Assembly: GCA_050011515.1 (NCBI GenBank)
Contig: JBEKIZ010000003.1
Location: 16,805 to 80,804 of the forward strand
DNA from: Terriglobia bacterium
GTDB lineage: Bacteria; Acidobacteriota; Terriglobia; UBA7540
DNA: 64,000 bases
Reading direction: 5' to 3'
Shown: positions 37,001 through 44,518 of the stretch, piece after piece
Layout: every line of letters begins with the position of its first letter
Numbering within the stretch: the first letter of the stretch is position 1
Program-made: the position numbers and the translations under genes
Notes under the pieces: generated by a model
The model's database searches: none
Told to the model about the DNA's origin: nothing
The model's input: the letters and a program-made list of their open reading frames with translations, nothing else

Positions 37001-38514
37001 CGCTCGAGACCTTGCACGACTGGCAGCTTCGTTGGATCAATTTCCTGCTGGACAATCGCCGGGTTGCGGACGCACAGACCGCTTTCAACAATCTCCCGGA
37101 GGATTTCCGTGACCCGCAGCAGCCTGGAATCGCCTCCGTCATGCTTCGCCTGGCGGCCCAGTCGAACGAACTCGATCAGCTCCTCCAGCAGTTTCAACAA
37201 GCTCCCGAGAAGGCTCCTACACTCGAAGTCCTGCGTACTGCCGCGGTCATTCTGGAGGAAAAAGATCCGGCCAATGCCCGCCGGCTCCTCGAATACGTTT
37301 ACACGCGCCAAATCGATGAACACGATTTCGCTCCCGCAAATTTCCTGGGGCTTGCAGAAGTTCGACTGCAACAGGGCGATCTCGCGCAGGCCGTGGCGCT
37401 GCTGCGGCGCATGAATCGCGTGGCAGGTCAGCCTTTTGAAAACCTGGCGGCTGCCGGGGACCTGCTCGTGAAGATGGCACACCCCGCAGAAGCAACGGAG
37501 TTTTACGCCCAGCGCGTGAAGGCTGTTCCCTGGGATGACGACGCCCGCCTGAAACTCGCCCAGGCGGAGGCGGCTGCAAATACGCAACGGAACGACGCCA
37601 TCCAATTGCTCATCTCTGTGGCGTCCTCCCCGAACGCCAACTATGCGAAGCGTGCCGCGGGCGCCGAATCCCTTGTGGCCCTCAAGGCTGCTGCGCCAAG
37701 CCTGGGCAGCGCCGAGCTCGAATGGTTGATTCGAGGCGGACCAGTGGCTGGCGCTGAGTCGCCGGGCTTTTTCTATGCCCGCCTGCGAGCCGCCAGGGAA
37801 GCCGCCGATGCGGCAACCAAAATCCGCCTCCTGCTCGATGCGATCGCCCTTCGTCCCGAGGACTTCCCGCAGCGTTTCGGGGCGTCGCCGCCTGCCGCCG
37901 CCAATCCCAAGAACGTATCGCCGCGCATTCTGCTCGCTCAGGCGGCGGCTGCGGCCAACCAGAATGAGCTCGCGGTTTCAGCCATAACGCCACTGGTGGA
38001 TTGGAGCATCATGGCAAGTCCACCACCCGAATCGCCGGAGGGCGAGGCCCCTGAAGAAGAAATGGAGCAGCCCGGATATCGCAGCTACATGTGGAAATCA
38101 TTTCTTGCCGGTCAGGACTTGAGCGCCAGCCAAAAATCGGCGATTGCCGCCCAAATGGCTGGCGCCTTCCAGAAGCTCGCGCGGCTCCGCGAAGCTGCGC
38201 AACTCTGGAAGGTGGCCTCCGCGCTCCCCACGGACGATTCCCTTCGCTCACAGGCAACCCATGAACTCGAACAAGTGCAGGCCCAAATGAAGCTCGAGCA
38301 GGCCGACCGAGAACGACGGCCGGTGATCACCGAGCATCTCGAGCAGAACGGTCTGGTCAGGCCACGCCTTGTACCGCTCAAAGGAGAGGCTAGCCGTCTC
38401 CCCCTTGGGGGAGAGGGTGGCCCGCCGCCGGCGCTTTCTTCAGCCGGGGCGGGCCGGGTGAGGGGGTCGCGAGCCTGGTTCGCTGAAAGTGTAGGAGGAG
38501 GTGCAGGGCAATGA
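31015..38514 (+). CDS. Giant (2,499 aa) membrane-anchored TPR/HAT-like all-alpha repeat protein
   Basis: AGGAGG lies 7 nt upstream of TTG 31015. One N-terminal TM helix (ILMALPVVGLFIAGLTA), then helical-repeat sequence throughout with no DNA-level tandem repeats. The last ~40 codons are contributed by a family-B REP element. Confidence 0.8.
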   Translation: MKSYRSLRSRILMALPVVGLFIAGLTARGNLVEWLQNLEGSGRFEAVFFRTVSLLGGPVMVRRLPAEARNALNDLVSKSPNDAELYRMRARADEAQLDFTAAEADWQRYAQLAPDKVDGQLQLADFYHRRLRPLDEIKALAAAAQGPSSPADKLLASNQQRAWQTFERIFQVIRVQALPDTLSIEQYNAWLARYPKNAATYSRFFDFLIAEKKFSEAERLISRYEKGFPRDKVFPIEARATLAYKRGSTDEALALYDRSFQPLWPPELVQDYFNLLKETHRLREFLSRARAAATAEPSDVTAAARLFYYYHQQGNLGEAQRALVEYRRRMEKTNAPWKGDQLWTLSRLFDDIHAYNDAARGYYALYSLPGVEPALQEKALAGIANLLLAAPEQPIGFGSNSISFLRDIGAMDPYPGFVNGIVSLLLNSQSPAFQYSQAEGTAVAYFHRARAADLIALFDERFPKSGERSELHARLLDVYAVYAVDDAILRGGRRFLDSFPKAPQRVHVAMLMADCFARKNRVKEELALYDQLLNELAARADHVPLGEGARSDVSVAQPPWRQRELENEQADTDEQSPSPSQSPVAGRSLERLARQRMRRRLDASRGQTTQGGAGQARSAEYSQVLERYISRLVTLERPLEVLDLFRREMDHNPNDPGLYERLATFLAQNRMDERIEAVYKKAIQQFPERSWYQKLARWYLRRKQNQQFEELTRQVIQTFSGTELEEYFRSVRWSEPVMPQMYVQLNLYARQRFPHNLTFVRNLLEAFRSKPTNNPQAWEALIRQNWFYDDNLRSEYFAYLSSKGRLDSELQAVRAANPQAGGGKWNELTQANPAAAQFIAEAELWRSHFEDAAPVIKALAEVYPADQEMGRRASSVFRSLAPFNPQYTEVAAGIEDALSKSSPGDREILIRIGDIYADREMFAKARPYWNRVPELEPGNPDAFLESAAVFWDYFLFGDTLRVINDARKKFSNPALFAYEAGAVYEGRRDFPRAVDEYLKGGLASAEDSAARNRLLRLVKRSSLRGAIDQATQKAASRANPDWNAVSLRIAVLEALNRRADLDSFLTHLAQDTSSLELLAQIQPLADRYGFDNVRILTLERQIAFMTDPVEKLQLRLQLARFYESKNQMEQARTLMESLYSENPLLLGVVRSTVDFYWRNKMWDPAIDTLLKAAKSAYPALGEQFTFEAARKATEAKEYARARELLTPLLQNQPYNAEYLAAVADTYAREGDDKSLRGFYLARIHDFSDSNLPADEKTTRIAALRRGLIPALTRLKDSAGAVDQYIEILNKYAEDEGLAQEAAAFADRNGRRKQLLDYYTKATADSPKDFRWPMVLARIETYFEDYSGAIASYVRARGVRPDRTDLLTAQANLEERLMRFDDALKSYSRLYELAYENPAWMEKVAELHARQGQTDAAVVALKKALVEGRPEKPEMYFAAADRLAGWNMLEKARQFAERGVALAGKDLLIHPADGNGTLIYVTLLTRLRDYSTAYARLREASKAARDAQVQPNLNPFLSAMGGAVKEYYTPEENSAFANFLLKEKEGMETNDFIETLIPLAQYAGLTDLEARWRYEVMMASPGSRQAQSMETRLGVLQKQRMRFNELGAQLEAYWNVFPQRPGKDYILQRAADSYGSAGNAAAELRVLEEAFDGEGLLGQHLFRYLELVSRTSPEQLVTIAGGARGNPVRDAAATSALATGKVDLALRAVAGRGSGLPPVWTRAYTGLVGLYYSEPSPVVNSAYQQALDTRTIGDRVAKPGNRDEMLAGDIWFYYGSRYGEYLSATHLGNPEDYLPAMLEGTPASSDVYFTLADYYRDAGQLENALEDFAHALELNSRRADAHDRRAQILWQQGKQDSAVKEWSLALAAFHAQEDNSKVPPTFWTNLRSTLENIGERKLLPQLRDDADRVVRTYVRRNGSYRAAPILRGVLAAAGDPAQGADWLVDLSRAAPSPIAFLSELVSAPWFPAGHKAPLYQKILDLAQDQVTKTFGAEHSTALETLHDWQLRWINFLLDNRRVADAQTAFNNLPEDFRDPQQPGIASVMLRLAAQSNELDQLLQQFQQAPEKAPTLEVLRTAAVILEEKDPANARRLLEYVYTRQIDEHDFAPANFLGLAEVRLQQGDLAQAVALLRRMNRVAGQPFENLAAAGDLLVKMAHPAEATEFYAQRVKAVPWDDDARLKLAQAEAAANTQRNDAIQLLISVASSPNANYAKRAAGAESLVALKAAAPSLGSAELEWLIRGGPVAGAESPGFFYARLRAAREAADAATKIRLLLDAIALRPEDFPQRFGASPPAAANPKNVSPRILLAQAAAAANQNELAVSAITPLVDWSIMASPPPESPEGEAPEEEMEQPGYRSYMWKSFLAGQDLSASQKSAIAAQMAGAFQKLARLREAAQLWKVASALPTDDSLRSQATHELEQVQAQMKLEQADRERRPVITEHLEQNGLVRPRLVPLKGEASRLPLGGEGGPPPALSSAGAGRVRGSRAWFAESVGGGAGQ
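38395..38475. repeat. REP-like element, family B, embedded in the 3' end of the giant TPR ORF
   Basis: cgtctcccccttgggggagagggtggcccgccgccggcgctttcttcagccggggcgggccgggtgagggggtcgcgagcc is near-identical to 28507-28588. Confidence 0.85.
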
Positions 38515-40241
38515 GGAAACTCCCGCTTTCGATTCTCTGCTTCCTAAGTATCTCCCTCGCCATGGCGCCACCCGGCCTGGGACCCAAGTCATCTTCCTCC
38601 AGCCTCGCCGCCTTCATGCCGACGGGTTCGCTGCTCTTTGTGGAGTCGCCGGACTTCGCCCCGCTGGTCCACGACTGGGAAAACTCGAAGGGAAAACAGA
38701 AGTGGTTCGAGAGCGATAATTACCAGGTCTTCTCGCGCTCACGTCTCTTTCTGCGCCTCCAGGAAGCGCAGCGGCAATTCGCCGTCGCCGCGGGCGCCCC
38801 ACCGGACATGGCCTTGCTGGATGCGGTGGCGGGCGCACAATCGGCGCTGGCGCTCTATGACGTCGGCAACCTGGAATTCCTCTACATCACGCGGATGCCG
38901 TCAGCGCGCGCCATGCAGAATGTTCTATGGACGAACCGGGAAAAGTTCGAGCCTCGCAAGGCGGCGGGCATTCCTTATTACGTTCGGACGGAACCGGAGA
39001 AGAACCGCTTGGTGGCCTTTGCTACCGCGGGCGACTGCTTGCTGCTGGCCACCCGCGAGGACCTGATGGCCGGCGCGCTCGGGCTGCTTTCCGGCAAGTC
39101 CCAACCCGCGCTCGAGGATGAGAATTGGTATAAGAGCGCGGTTTCGGCGGCGGGGCCGGCCGGCGATCTACGCCTGGTTTTGAACCTGCCGCTGTTAGTG
39201 AAGTCGCCGCACTTCCGCAGCTACTGGATTCAACGCAACATTGCGGCACTGAAGCAATACTCAGCCGAAGTCGCGGACATCCATCGCTCGGAGACGGAAA
39301 TTCGGGAAGAGCGCGTCCTGCTCAAAGCTAACCCACCCGGAGACACAGAGCAGCGCGCCACCGCAAGCACCGCCCCCATCGCCGAACTTCTCGGCATGGT
39401 CCCGGCACAGGAAGGCATTTACCTCGCCTGGCGACCTCCCTCCGCCGACACGGTGCTTGACCTCGTGCAGCAAAAGGTCTTGATCCCCCACGCAGGGCCG
39501 GGGGTGGCTTCCCAGATCGCACCGGGCGTCACCTTGACGGAAGGCCAAACCGGCAGTGAGAGCGACCTCGAGACGCGCATTGACGTTCCCCCGCTCCAGG
39601 GAACGACGGAAGCCCCAGGCGCCGAAGCCCTCAAGAAACTTCTGAATGCGGTTCCGCTCGAGGCCGTACTGGAGTATCACTCGCTCCAAAATACCAGGCA
39701 GTCGGCCTTTATCGAACCTCACTCCGCCGTCCTCATTTGCAGCTCAGCGAACTGGGATTCGGAGGCCACGCGCAACGCCCTCCGCGCGGCGATCATGGAT
39801 CTTTGGACAACTTCACAAATCGGCGTGAGCTGGGTGGCGAGGCACGAGGGCAATGCCGACTACTATCAACTCGATGGATTGGCTCCACTCGCCGTCGCCA
39901 CCAAGGGACCGATTCTCCTGCTGGCAAGCTCCGGCGAAACGCTGAAGGCCCTGCTGGCGAACTCTCCGGGTACCGAGGTGGGTCCGAACGTGGTTTACGC
40001 CGCGGGCTTTCGCCATTCTGCCGAGCGCCACAACATCGTGAAGATGATGCGGCTGATTGAAATGCCGCTGCCGCAACAGTACGGAGGCTTGGCGGGCGAG
40101 GAGGGACGCACGCCATCCTTCTTTTCCGAGAACCTCGCGAGCCTCAGTCAGTCGCTGGAGAGCATAGAGTCAGAGTCGCTCGTGGTGGAAGACCGCGGCC
40201 CACAGTTGCACCAGACGGTCACTTATCGGTTGAAGAAATGA
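38511..40241 (+). CDS. Secreted protein of unknown function (576 aa)
   Basis: GGAGGAGG upstream and a 4-nt ATGA overlap with the TPR ORF. Signal peptide MRKLPLSILCFLSISLAMA. I recognise no catalytic motif. Confidence 0.6.
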   Translation: MRKLPLSILCFLSISLAMAPPGLGPKSSSSSLAAFMPTGSLLFVESPDFAPLVHDWENSKGKQKWFESDNYQVFSRSRLFLRLQEAQRQFAVAAGAPPDMALLDAVAGAQSALALYDVGNLEFLYITRMPSARAMQNVLWTNREKFEPRKAAGIPYYVRTEPEKNRLVAFATAGDCLLLATREDLMAGALGLLSGKSQPALEDENWYKSAVSAAGPAGDLRLVLNLPLLVKSPHFRSYWIQRNIAALKQYSAEVADIHRSETEIREERVLLKANPPGDTEQRATASTAPIAELLGMVPAQEGIYLAWRPPSADTVLDLVQQKVLIPHAGPGVASQIAPGVTLTEGQTGSESDLETRIDVPPLQGTTEAPGAEALKKLLNAVPLEAVLEYHSLQNTRQSAFIEPHSAVLICSSANWDSEATRNALRAAIMDLWTTSQIGVSWVARHEGNADYYQLDGLAPLAVATKGPILLLASSGETLKALLANSPGTEVGPNVVYAAGFRHSAERHNIVKMMRLIEMPLPQQYGGLAGEEGRTPSFFSENLASLSQSLESIESESLVVEDRGPQLHQTVTYRLKK

Positions 40242-41062
40242 GCCGTTCCCTGAACCTGGTTTTGGCTTACATGCTCGTGGCTTCCTCATTGGCCGCGGAT
40301 TCGCTCTACGACCAGTCCGTCGCCCGGCTGCTGGCAGAGCACTACCCTTCCAGCGACCTGTCGTACATCCTGATCGACGCCAACACGCACCGCCTGATTG
40401 CCTCCCGCTGGGACCAGATAGCGGAACCCGTGCCCGTCGGCTCTCTCGTGAAGCCGTTCATCGCCCTGGCCTACGGGCAGAAACACAATTTCCGCTATCC
40501 CACTTATTTTTGCCACGGCTCGGCCGACGGCTGCTGGCTTCGGCGGGGGCATGGAAAGGTGGACATCAGAACAGCTATCGCCTATTCCTGTAATGCCTAT
40601 TTCCTGAACCTAGCCTCCTCATTAAAAGCGGAGGACGTGGACTTGATGGCCCAGCGTTACGGCCTTGCCATTGGGAGAGCACCGCTTGACACAGCGGAGA
40701 TGATCGGCCTCGGTGGGGCCTGGCGCATGGAACCCCAGGAACTCCTGCACGCTTACCTTCTTCTCGCCGCCCTGCCACAACCCGCCGGCGCTGCCGAGCT
40801 ACTGGGTGGGATGGCGCTCTGCGCCAAATTCGGGACCGCGGAGGCCGTCGGCCGTAATCTCCGCGGACTCGCCGCCCTCGCCAAGACAGGCACCGCCCCC
40901 TGTGTCCACGAACCCCGAGCGCCCGGCGACGGCTATGTCGTGATGCTCTACCCGGCGGACCAGCCTCGCCTGGCGTTGCTCGTCCGCGTGCACGGCGTTC
41001 CCGGCGCCCGCGCTGCCGAAACGGGAGGCCGTATATTGAACAGCGTGGTCAACGGCCAATAG
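40238..41062 (+). CDS. Minimal penicillin-binding-protein transpeptidase-fold protein (secreted, 274 aa)
   Basis: Signal peptide plus the three PBP active-site motifs SxxK (GSLVKPF), SxN (YSCNAYF) and KTG (AKTGTA). There is no N-terminal pedestal or glycosyltransferase domain. ATGA overlap with the upstream gene. Confidence 0.75.
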   Translation: MSRSLNLVLAYMLVASSLAADSLYDQSVARLLAEHYPSSDLSYILIDANTHRLIASRWDQIAEPVPVGSLVKPFIALAYGQKHNFRYPTYFCHGSADGCWLRRGHGKVDIRTAIAYSCNAYFLNLASSLKAEDVDLMAQRYGLAIGRAPLDTAEMIGLGGAWRMEPQELLHAYLLLAALPQPAGAAELLGGMALCAKFGTAEAVGRNLRGLAALAKTGTAPCVHEPRAPGDGYVVMLYPADQPRLALLVRVHGVPGARAAETGGRILNSVVNGQ

Positions 41063-41110
41063 GAGAATCGCATCCGCACACGTTTTGCCCAATCCGCATT
41101 CGCGTTCATT

Positions 41111-42121
41111 TTGCTGGCGCCTTGCGTCTGTGCCGCCAGGGAGCTGCGGATCGGCGTCTTTGGCCTTTTCCATCCCGAGCGGTTGGTGATTTCCGCCTTG
41201 CCCGCGCAAACGGTGATTGTCACTGCTGGTACACAGCAAATCGTCGTCTCGGATGGTGGAGGAGCCTTTTTGTATCTGGAAGGGAACCAAGTACGTGTTC
41301 GATTCAATGATGAGAGCCTCGTGGCCTCTGAAGTGGACGTGGCAGATCGAATGGGAAGAGCCACAGATTTCCTAATATCAATTCCCGGCAAAATCACGCG
41401 CCGCTTTCGCGGCAAGCTCGCAGTGAAGTGTCAGATCGACGAACTGGAAGCTGTGGTGGAAATGGACCTGGAGACGGCCGTTGCCTCAGCGGTGGCCGCG
41501 GAGAGCGTGCCCGGGGCTCCTCTCGAGGCTTTGAAAGCCCAGGCGGTTGCCACGCGTTCGTATTATCTGGCTTCGCTATTGCGCCACACGCAGTTTGATT
41601 TCTGCGACACGACTCATTGCCAGTTCATTCGCGAAGCGCCTTCTCCACATTCCCTCGCTGCCCAGGCCACCGCGGCCACACACGGCCTTGTCCTCTTGTA
41701 CGAGGGCACGACCATCCCGGCCCTGTTCACCGGGAGCTGCGGTGGAAGGACCCGGACTCTCGCGGAGATTGGTCTCGCGCCGGGTCCCTACCCCTATTTC
41801 TCCGTGCCATGCAATTACTGCCTGCACCACGCCCCGCATTGGTTGGCGCGACTCGACCCCAAAGAAGCCGCAGAGCTCGCGGGCCACTCTGAAGGAAGCC
41901 GGTTGAGACTCGGACGCATCCTGGGCTGGGACGCTGTACCCGGCAACAACTACGAATTGCAACGCGAAGGTGAGGTCGTGGTGGTGGAAGGCCGCGGTAA
42001 GGGTCATGGCGTGGGCCTCTGCCAATTAGGCACGGCTTGGATGGCCAACCAGGGATTCGGCTTCCAGGGAATTCTCGCCCATTATTATCCGAACACTGTA
42101 GTGGGAACCCCGAGCAACTGA
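41111..42121 (+). CDS. SpoIID/LytB-domain lytic transglycosylase
   Basis: AVATRSYYL, FCDTTHCQF, FTGSCGGRT and GKGHGVGLCQLG. The first canonical start is TTG 41111, but the signal peptide and an AGGAG favour a start near 41072 (ATC). Confidence 0.85.
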   Translation: MLAPCVCAARELRIGVFGLFHPERLVISALPAQTVIVTAGTQQIVVSDGGGAFLYLEGNQVRVRFNDESLVASEVDVADRMGRATDFLISIPGKITRRFRGKLAVKCQIDELEAVVEMDLETAVASAVAAESVPGAPLEALKAQAVATRSYYLASLLRHTQFDFCDTTHCQFIREAPSPHSLAAQATAATHGLVLLYEGTTIPALFTGSCGGRTRTLAEIGLAPGPYPYFSVPCNYCLHHAPHWLARLDPKEAAELAGHSEGSRLRLGRILGWDAVPGNNYELQREGEVVVVEGRGKGHGVGLCQLGTAWMANQGFGFQGILAHYYPNTVVGTPSN

Positions 42122-42308
42122 GCCGTGAGATTTCAATTCTGCCGTGCAGGTCCATTAGTGTACTACCCTTGCATCGTACTGTTGCGAAGTTCAGGCTTCC
42201 CTTCAAATGCGAATTGTGGGAGTATTTAGGTTCGCAACGTGAACCTCCTGTCCCCTCCCAAACTTGAGTGGGCGTTTCAAAACCGAAGGGACGACGGGGA
42301 ATTGATAC

Positions 42309-43301
42309 TTGGCCTCTGTCAATAGCCTGACAATCAAAGAAGTGTTCGACTTGGTGCGTGCTGACCTCGAGAAGGTGGAAGAGGAATTTCGTCTGCAGAG
42401 CATCTCCAGCGTTCAGCCCATCACCGAGATCGGCCAATACCTGCGAGGCAGCGGGGGCAAAAGACTGCGTCCTGCCCTGGTGCTGCTCTCCTCCAAACTG
42501 TGTGGTTTTGAGGGGCCGGCTGCGATTCGGCTCGGAACCGTGGTCGAACTCATCCACACCGCCACGCTCGTTCATGACGACGTGATTGACGAGGCGGACA
42601 CACGTCGGGGACGACCTTCCACAAATTCCCGATGGGGCAACCACTTGAGTGTGCTGGCCGGGGATTGGCTTTACATGCAGGCCTTTAACATTGCCCTGGC
42701 GGAGCGCAACTTCAAGATACTTGACCTCTGCATCGCATTAACGCAGGCCATGGTCGAGGGCGAGTTGCTGCAACTCACCTGGCAGAGAAGGATCGACGTC
42801 CCCGAAGACGTCTATTTCGAGTTGACTTACCGCAAGACTGCTTGCCTGTTTTCCGTTTCTCTCCGATTGGGTGCGGTGCTGGCAGGAAGGAGCGAGGAGG
42901 AGGAAAGACTGTTGGGCGCCTATGGCCACAATTTTGGCTTGTCCTTCCAGCTTATCGATGACGTACTCGATTTTACTTCCTCCGAGGAGATATTAGGAAA
43001 GCCTATCGGCAATGACCTTCGCGAAGGCAAGGTCACGTTACCGCTGATCTATCTCCTGCAACGCTGTGGACGCGAGGAGGCTCAGAAAGTAAGGTCTGTG
43101 CTCGAAGACGGCGGCTTCAACTCGGCAGGATTTAATGAGATTCTGGACCTGATCGACCGGTATAACACCTTGCAGGCCGCGAGAGAAAAGGCCCAGGAAT
43201 TTGCTCAGAAGGCCAAGCGCTGTCTGGAGACGTTCCCGGACACGCCTTACAAGGATGCCCTGCGATCCCTGCCTGACTTCATGCTGGATCGCGAGTTCTA
43301 A
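42309..43301 (+). CDS. Long-chain polyprenyl diphosphate synthase (IspB-like)
   Basis: 330 aa. First and second Asp-rich motifs LVHDDVIDEADTRRG and FQLIDDVLD. The TTG start is uncertain. Confidence 0.9.
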   Translation: MASVNSLTIKEVFDLVRADLEKVEEEFRLQSISSVQPITEIGQYLRGSGGKRLRPALVLLSSKLCGFEGPAAIRLGTVVELIHTATLVHDDVIDEADTRRGRPSTNSRWGNHLSVLAGDWLYMQAFNIALAERNFKILDLCIALTQAMVEGELLQLTWQRRIDVPEDVYFELTYRKTACLFSVSLRLGAVLAGRSEEEERLLGAYGHNFGLSFQLIDDVLDFTSSEEILGKPIGNDLREGKVTLPLIYLLQRCGREEAQKVRSVLEDGGFNSAGFNEILDLIDRYNTLQAAREKAQEFAQKAKRCLETFPDTPYKDALRSLPDFMLDREF

Positions 43302-43321
43302 GAACACCTTCTCACCCCGGC

Positions 43322-43912
43322 ATGAAGCACCGCCGCGAAACCGAAATCAAGTTGCTGGCTCGTGACCGCAAGCAGTTGGGGAAACGCCTGTCTCATCTGG
43401 GCTTCAAGGTTTTGAAGGCACGGCACTTTGAGAGCAATTACCTTTTCGACTTCCCGGACCTTCGGCTTCGCAGGTCTGGGTGTCTTCTCCGATTGCGTTT
43501 CGCTCACGGCGAAGACCGGTTGACGTTCAAGGGGCCATCGCTCCGCCGGCGTTGGTACGAAACCAGACGCGAAATCGAAACCCGAGTCGAAGAAGGAGTG
43601 CTCCTTCGCGAGGTCCTGAAGAACCTGGGGTTGAAGCAAGTGTTCATTTATGAAAAGTACCGGACCATCTATGCCGAAGGTAACAAAGCAGACTTTCATG
43701 GACTGCCCCAGGTAGCGCACGACGAGACGCCCATAGGCAATTACCTCGAGCTTGAAGGGCCAGAGAAATGGATCGACCAGGTTGCGACCCGGCTGGGGTA
43801 TTCGCGCCAGGATTACATCAGCAGCAGCTATTTGGCTCTTTACTACCAGAAGTGCCAGGAAGAAGGCAAGACCCCAGGTAATATGGTTTTCAAAGGGCGC
43901 AAATCGCGGTAG
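43322..43912 (+). CDS. CYTH-domain protein (class IV adenylate cyclase/triphosphate tunnel metalloenzyme family)
   Basis: 196 aa. N-terminal ETEIKLL (ExExK) and alternating charged beta-strand pattern. Confidence 0.75.
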   Translation: MKHRRETEIKLLARDRKQLGKRLSHLGFKVLKARHFESNYLFDFPDLRLRRSGCLLRLRFAHGEDRLTFKGPSLRRRWYETRREIETRVEEGVLLREVLKNLGLKQVFIYEKYRTIYAEGNKADFHGLPQVAHDETPIGNYLELEGPEKWIDQVATRLGYSRQDYISSSYLALYYQKCQEEGKTPGNMVFKGRKSR

Positions 43913-44013
43913 TGTCCTAGTATGGGATGTACGGCCGGTCCCGCAAGGCGGGACCGGCCAGGTCGCCCCAAGAGGCGGCCCTAGAGTCGAATTGGGACAC
44001 TACCAAATCGCGA

Positions 44014-44042
44014 TTGGGTTTCGTTGCCACCTGAGTTATAAT
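44014..44042 (+). promoter_or_regulatory. Candidate promoter TTGGGT-17-TATAAT upstream of tatA
   Basis: -35 ttgggt at 44014-44019, a 17-nt spacer and a perfect -10 tataat at 44037-44042, about 55 nt upstream of the tatA ATG. Confidence 0.35.
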
Positions 44043-44095
44043 AGGTTTGATTGGTGCGCCGCTGACATTGGGTGGGCGGGCGAGGAGGATATGTT

Positions 44096-44281
44096 ATGGA
44101 GGGTTTGTTTCAGCCAACCCATTTGATTTTCATATTGCTAATTGTGTTGATCCTGTTTGGACCAGGAAAGTTGCCGGAACTCGGAAAGGGCTTGGGGAAG
44201 GGAATTCGCGAGTTCAAGGATGCCATCAAAGGCGGCATGGAGGGGAGCTCGGAAAAGAAAGAGGAAGAGAAGAAGCCCTAA
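44096..44281 (+). CDS. tatA: Twin-arginine translocase subunit TatA/E
   Basis: GAGGAGGA lies 7 nt upstream of ATG 44096. [30 protein letters not shown] followed by an amphipathic helix. Confidence 0.9.
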   Translation: MEGLFQPTHLIFILLIVLILFGPGKLPELGKGLGKGIREFKDAIKGGMEGSSEKKEEEKKP

Positions 44282-44404
44282 GCCGTCCTCCGCATTTCCA
44301 CTCTTGCGAAGATCTTTCTCTGCCCCTGTCCTTCATTGTTCAACGGCAAGCTCAGCAAAAGCGAGAATCCCAAAGGGTGGTACGGATCGCATAATCCTCG
44401 GTAG

Positions 44405-44479
44405 CTCAATGGTAGAGCGTTCGGCTGTTAACCGAAGGGTTCCAGGTTCGAGTCCTGGCCGAGGAGCCAACTTTCTTCA
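44405..44479 (+). tRNA. tRNA-Asn (anticodon GTT), CCA encoded
   Basis: Hand-folded cloverleaf: acceptor TCCTCGG/CCGAGGA, D-arm GCTC-AATGGTA-GAGC, anticodon arm TTCGG-CTGTTAA-CCGAA, T-arm CCAGG-TTCGAGT-CCTGG, discriminator G and CCA. Confidence 0.9.
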
Positions 44480-44518
44480 CACTGGCTGCTAATTCGTCAG
44501 CCGACGAATTCCAGGTTC

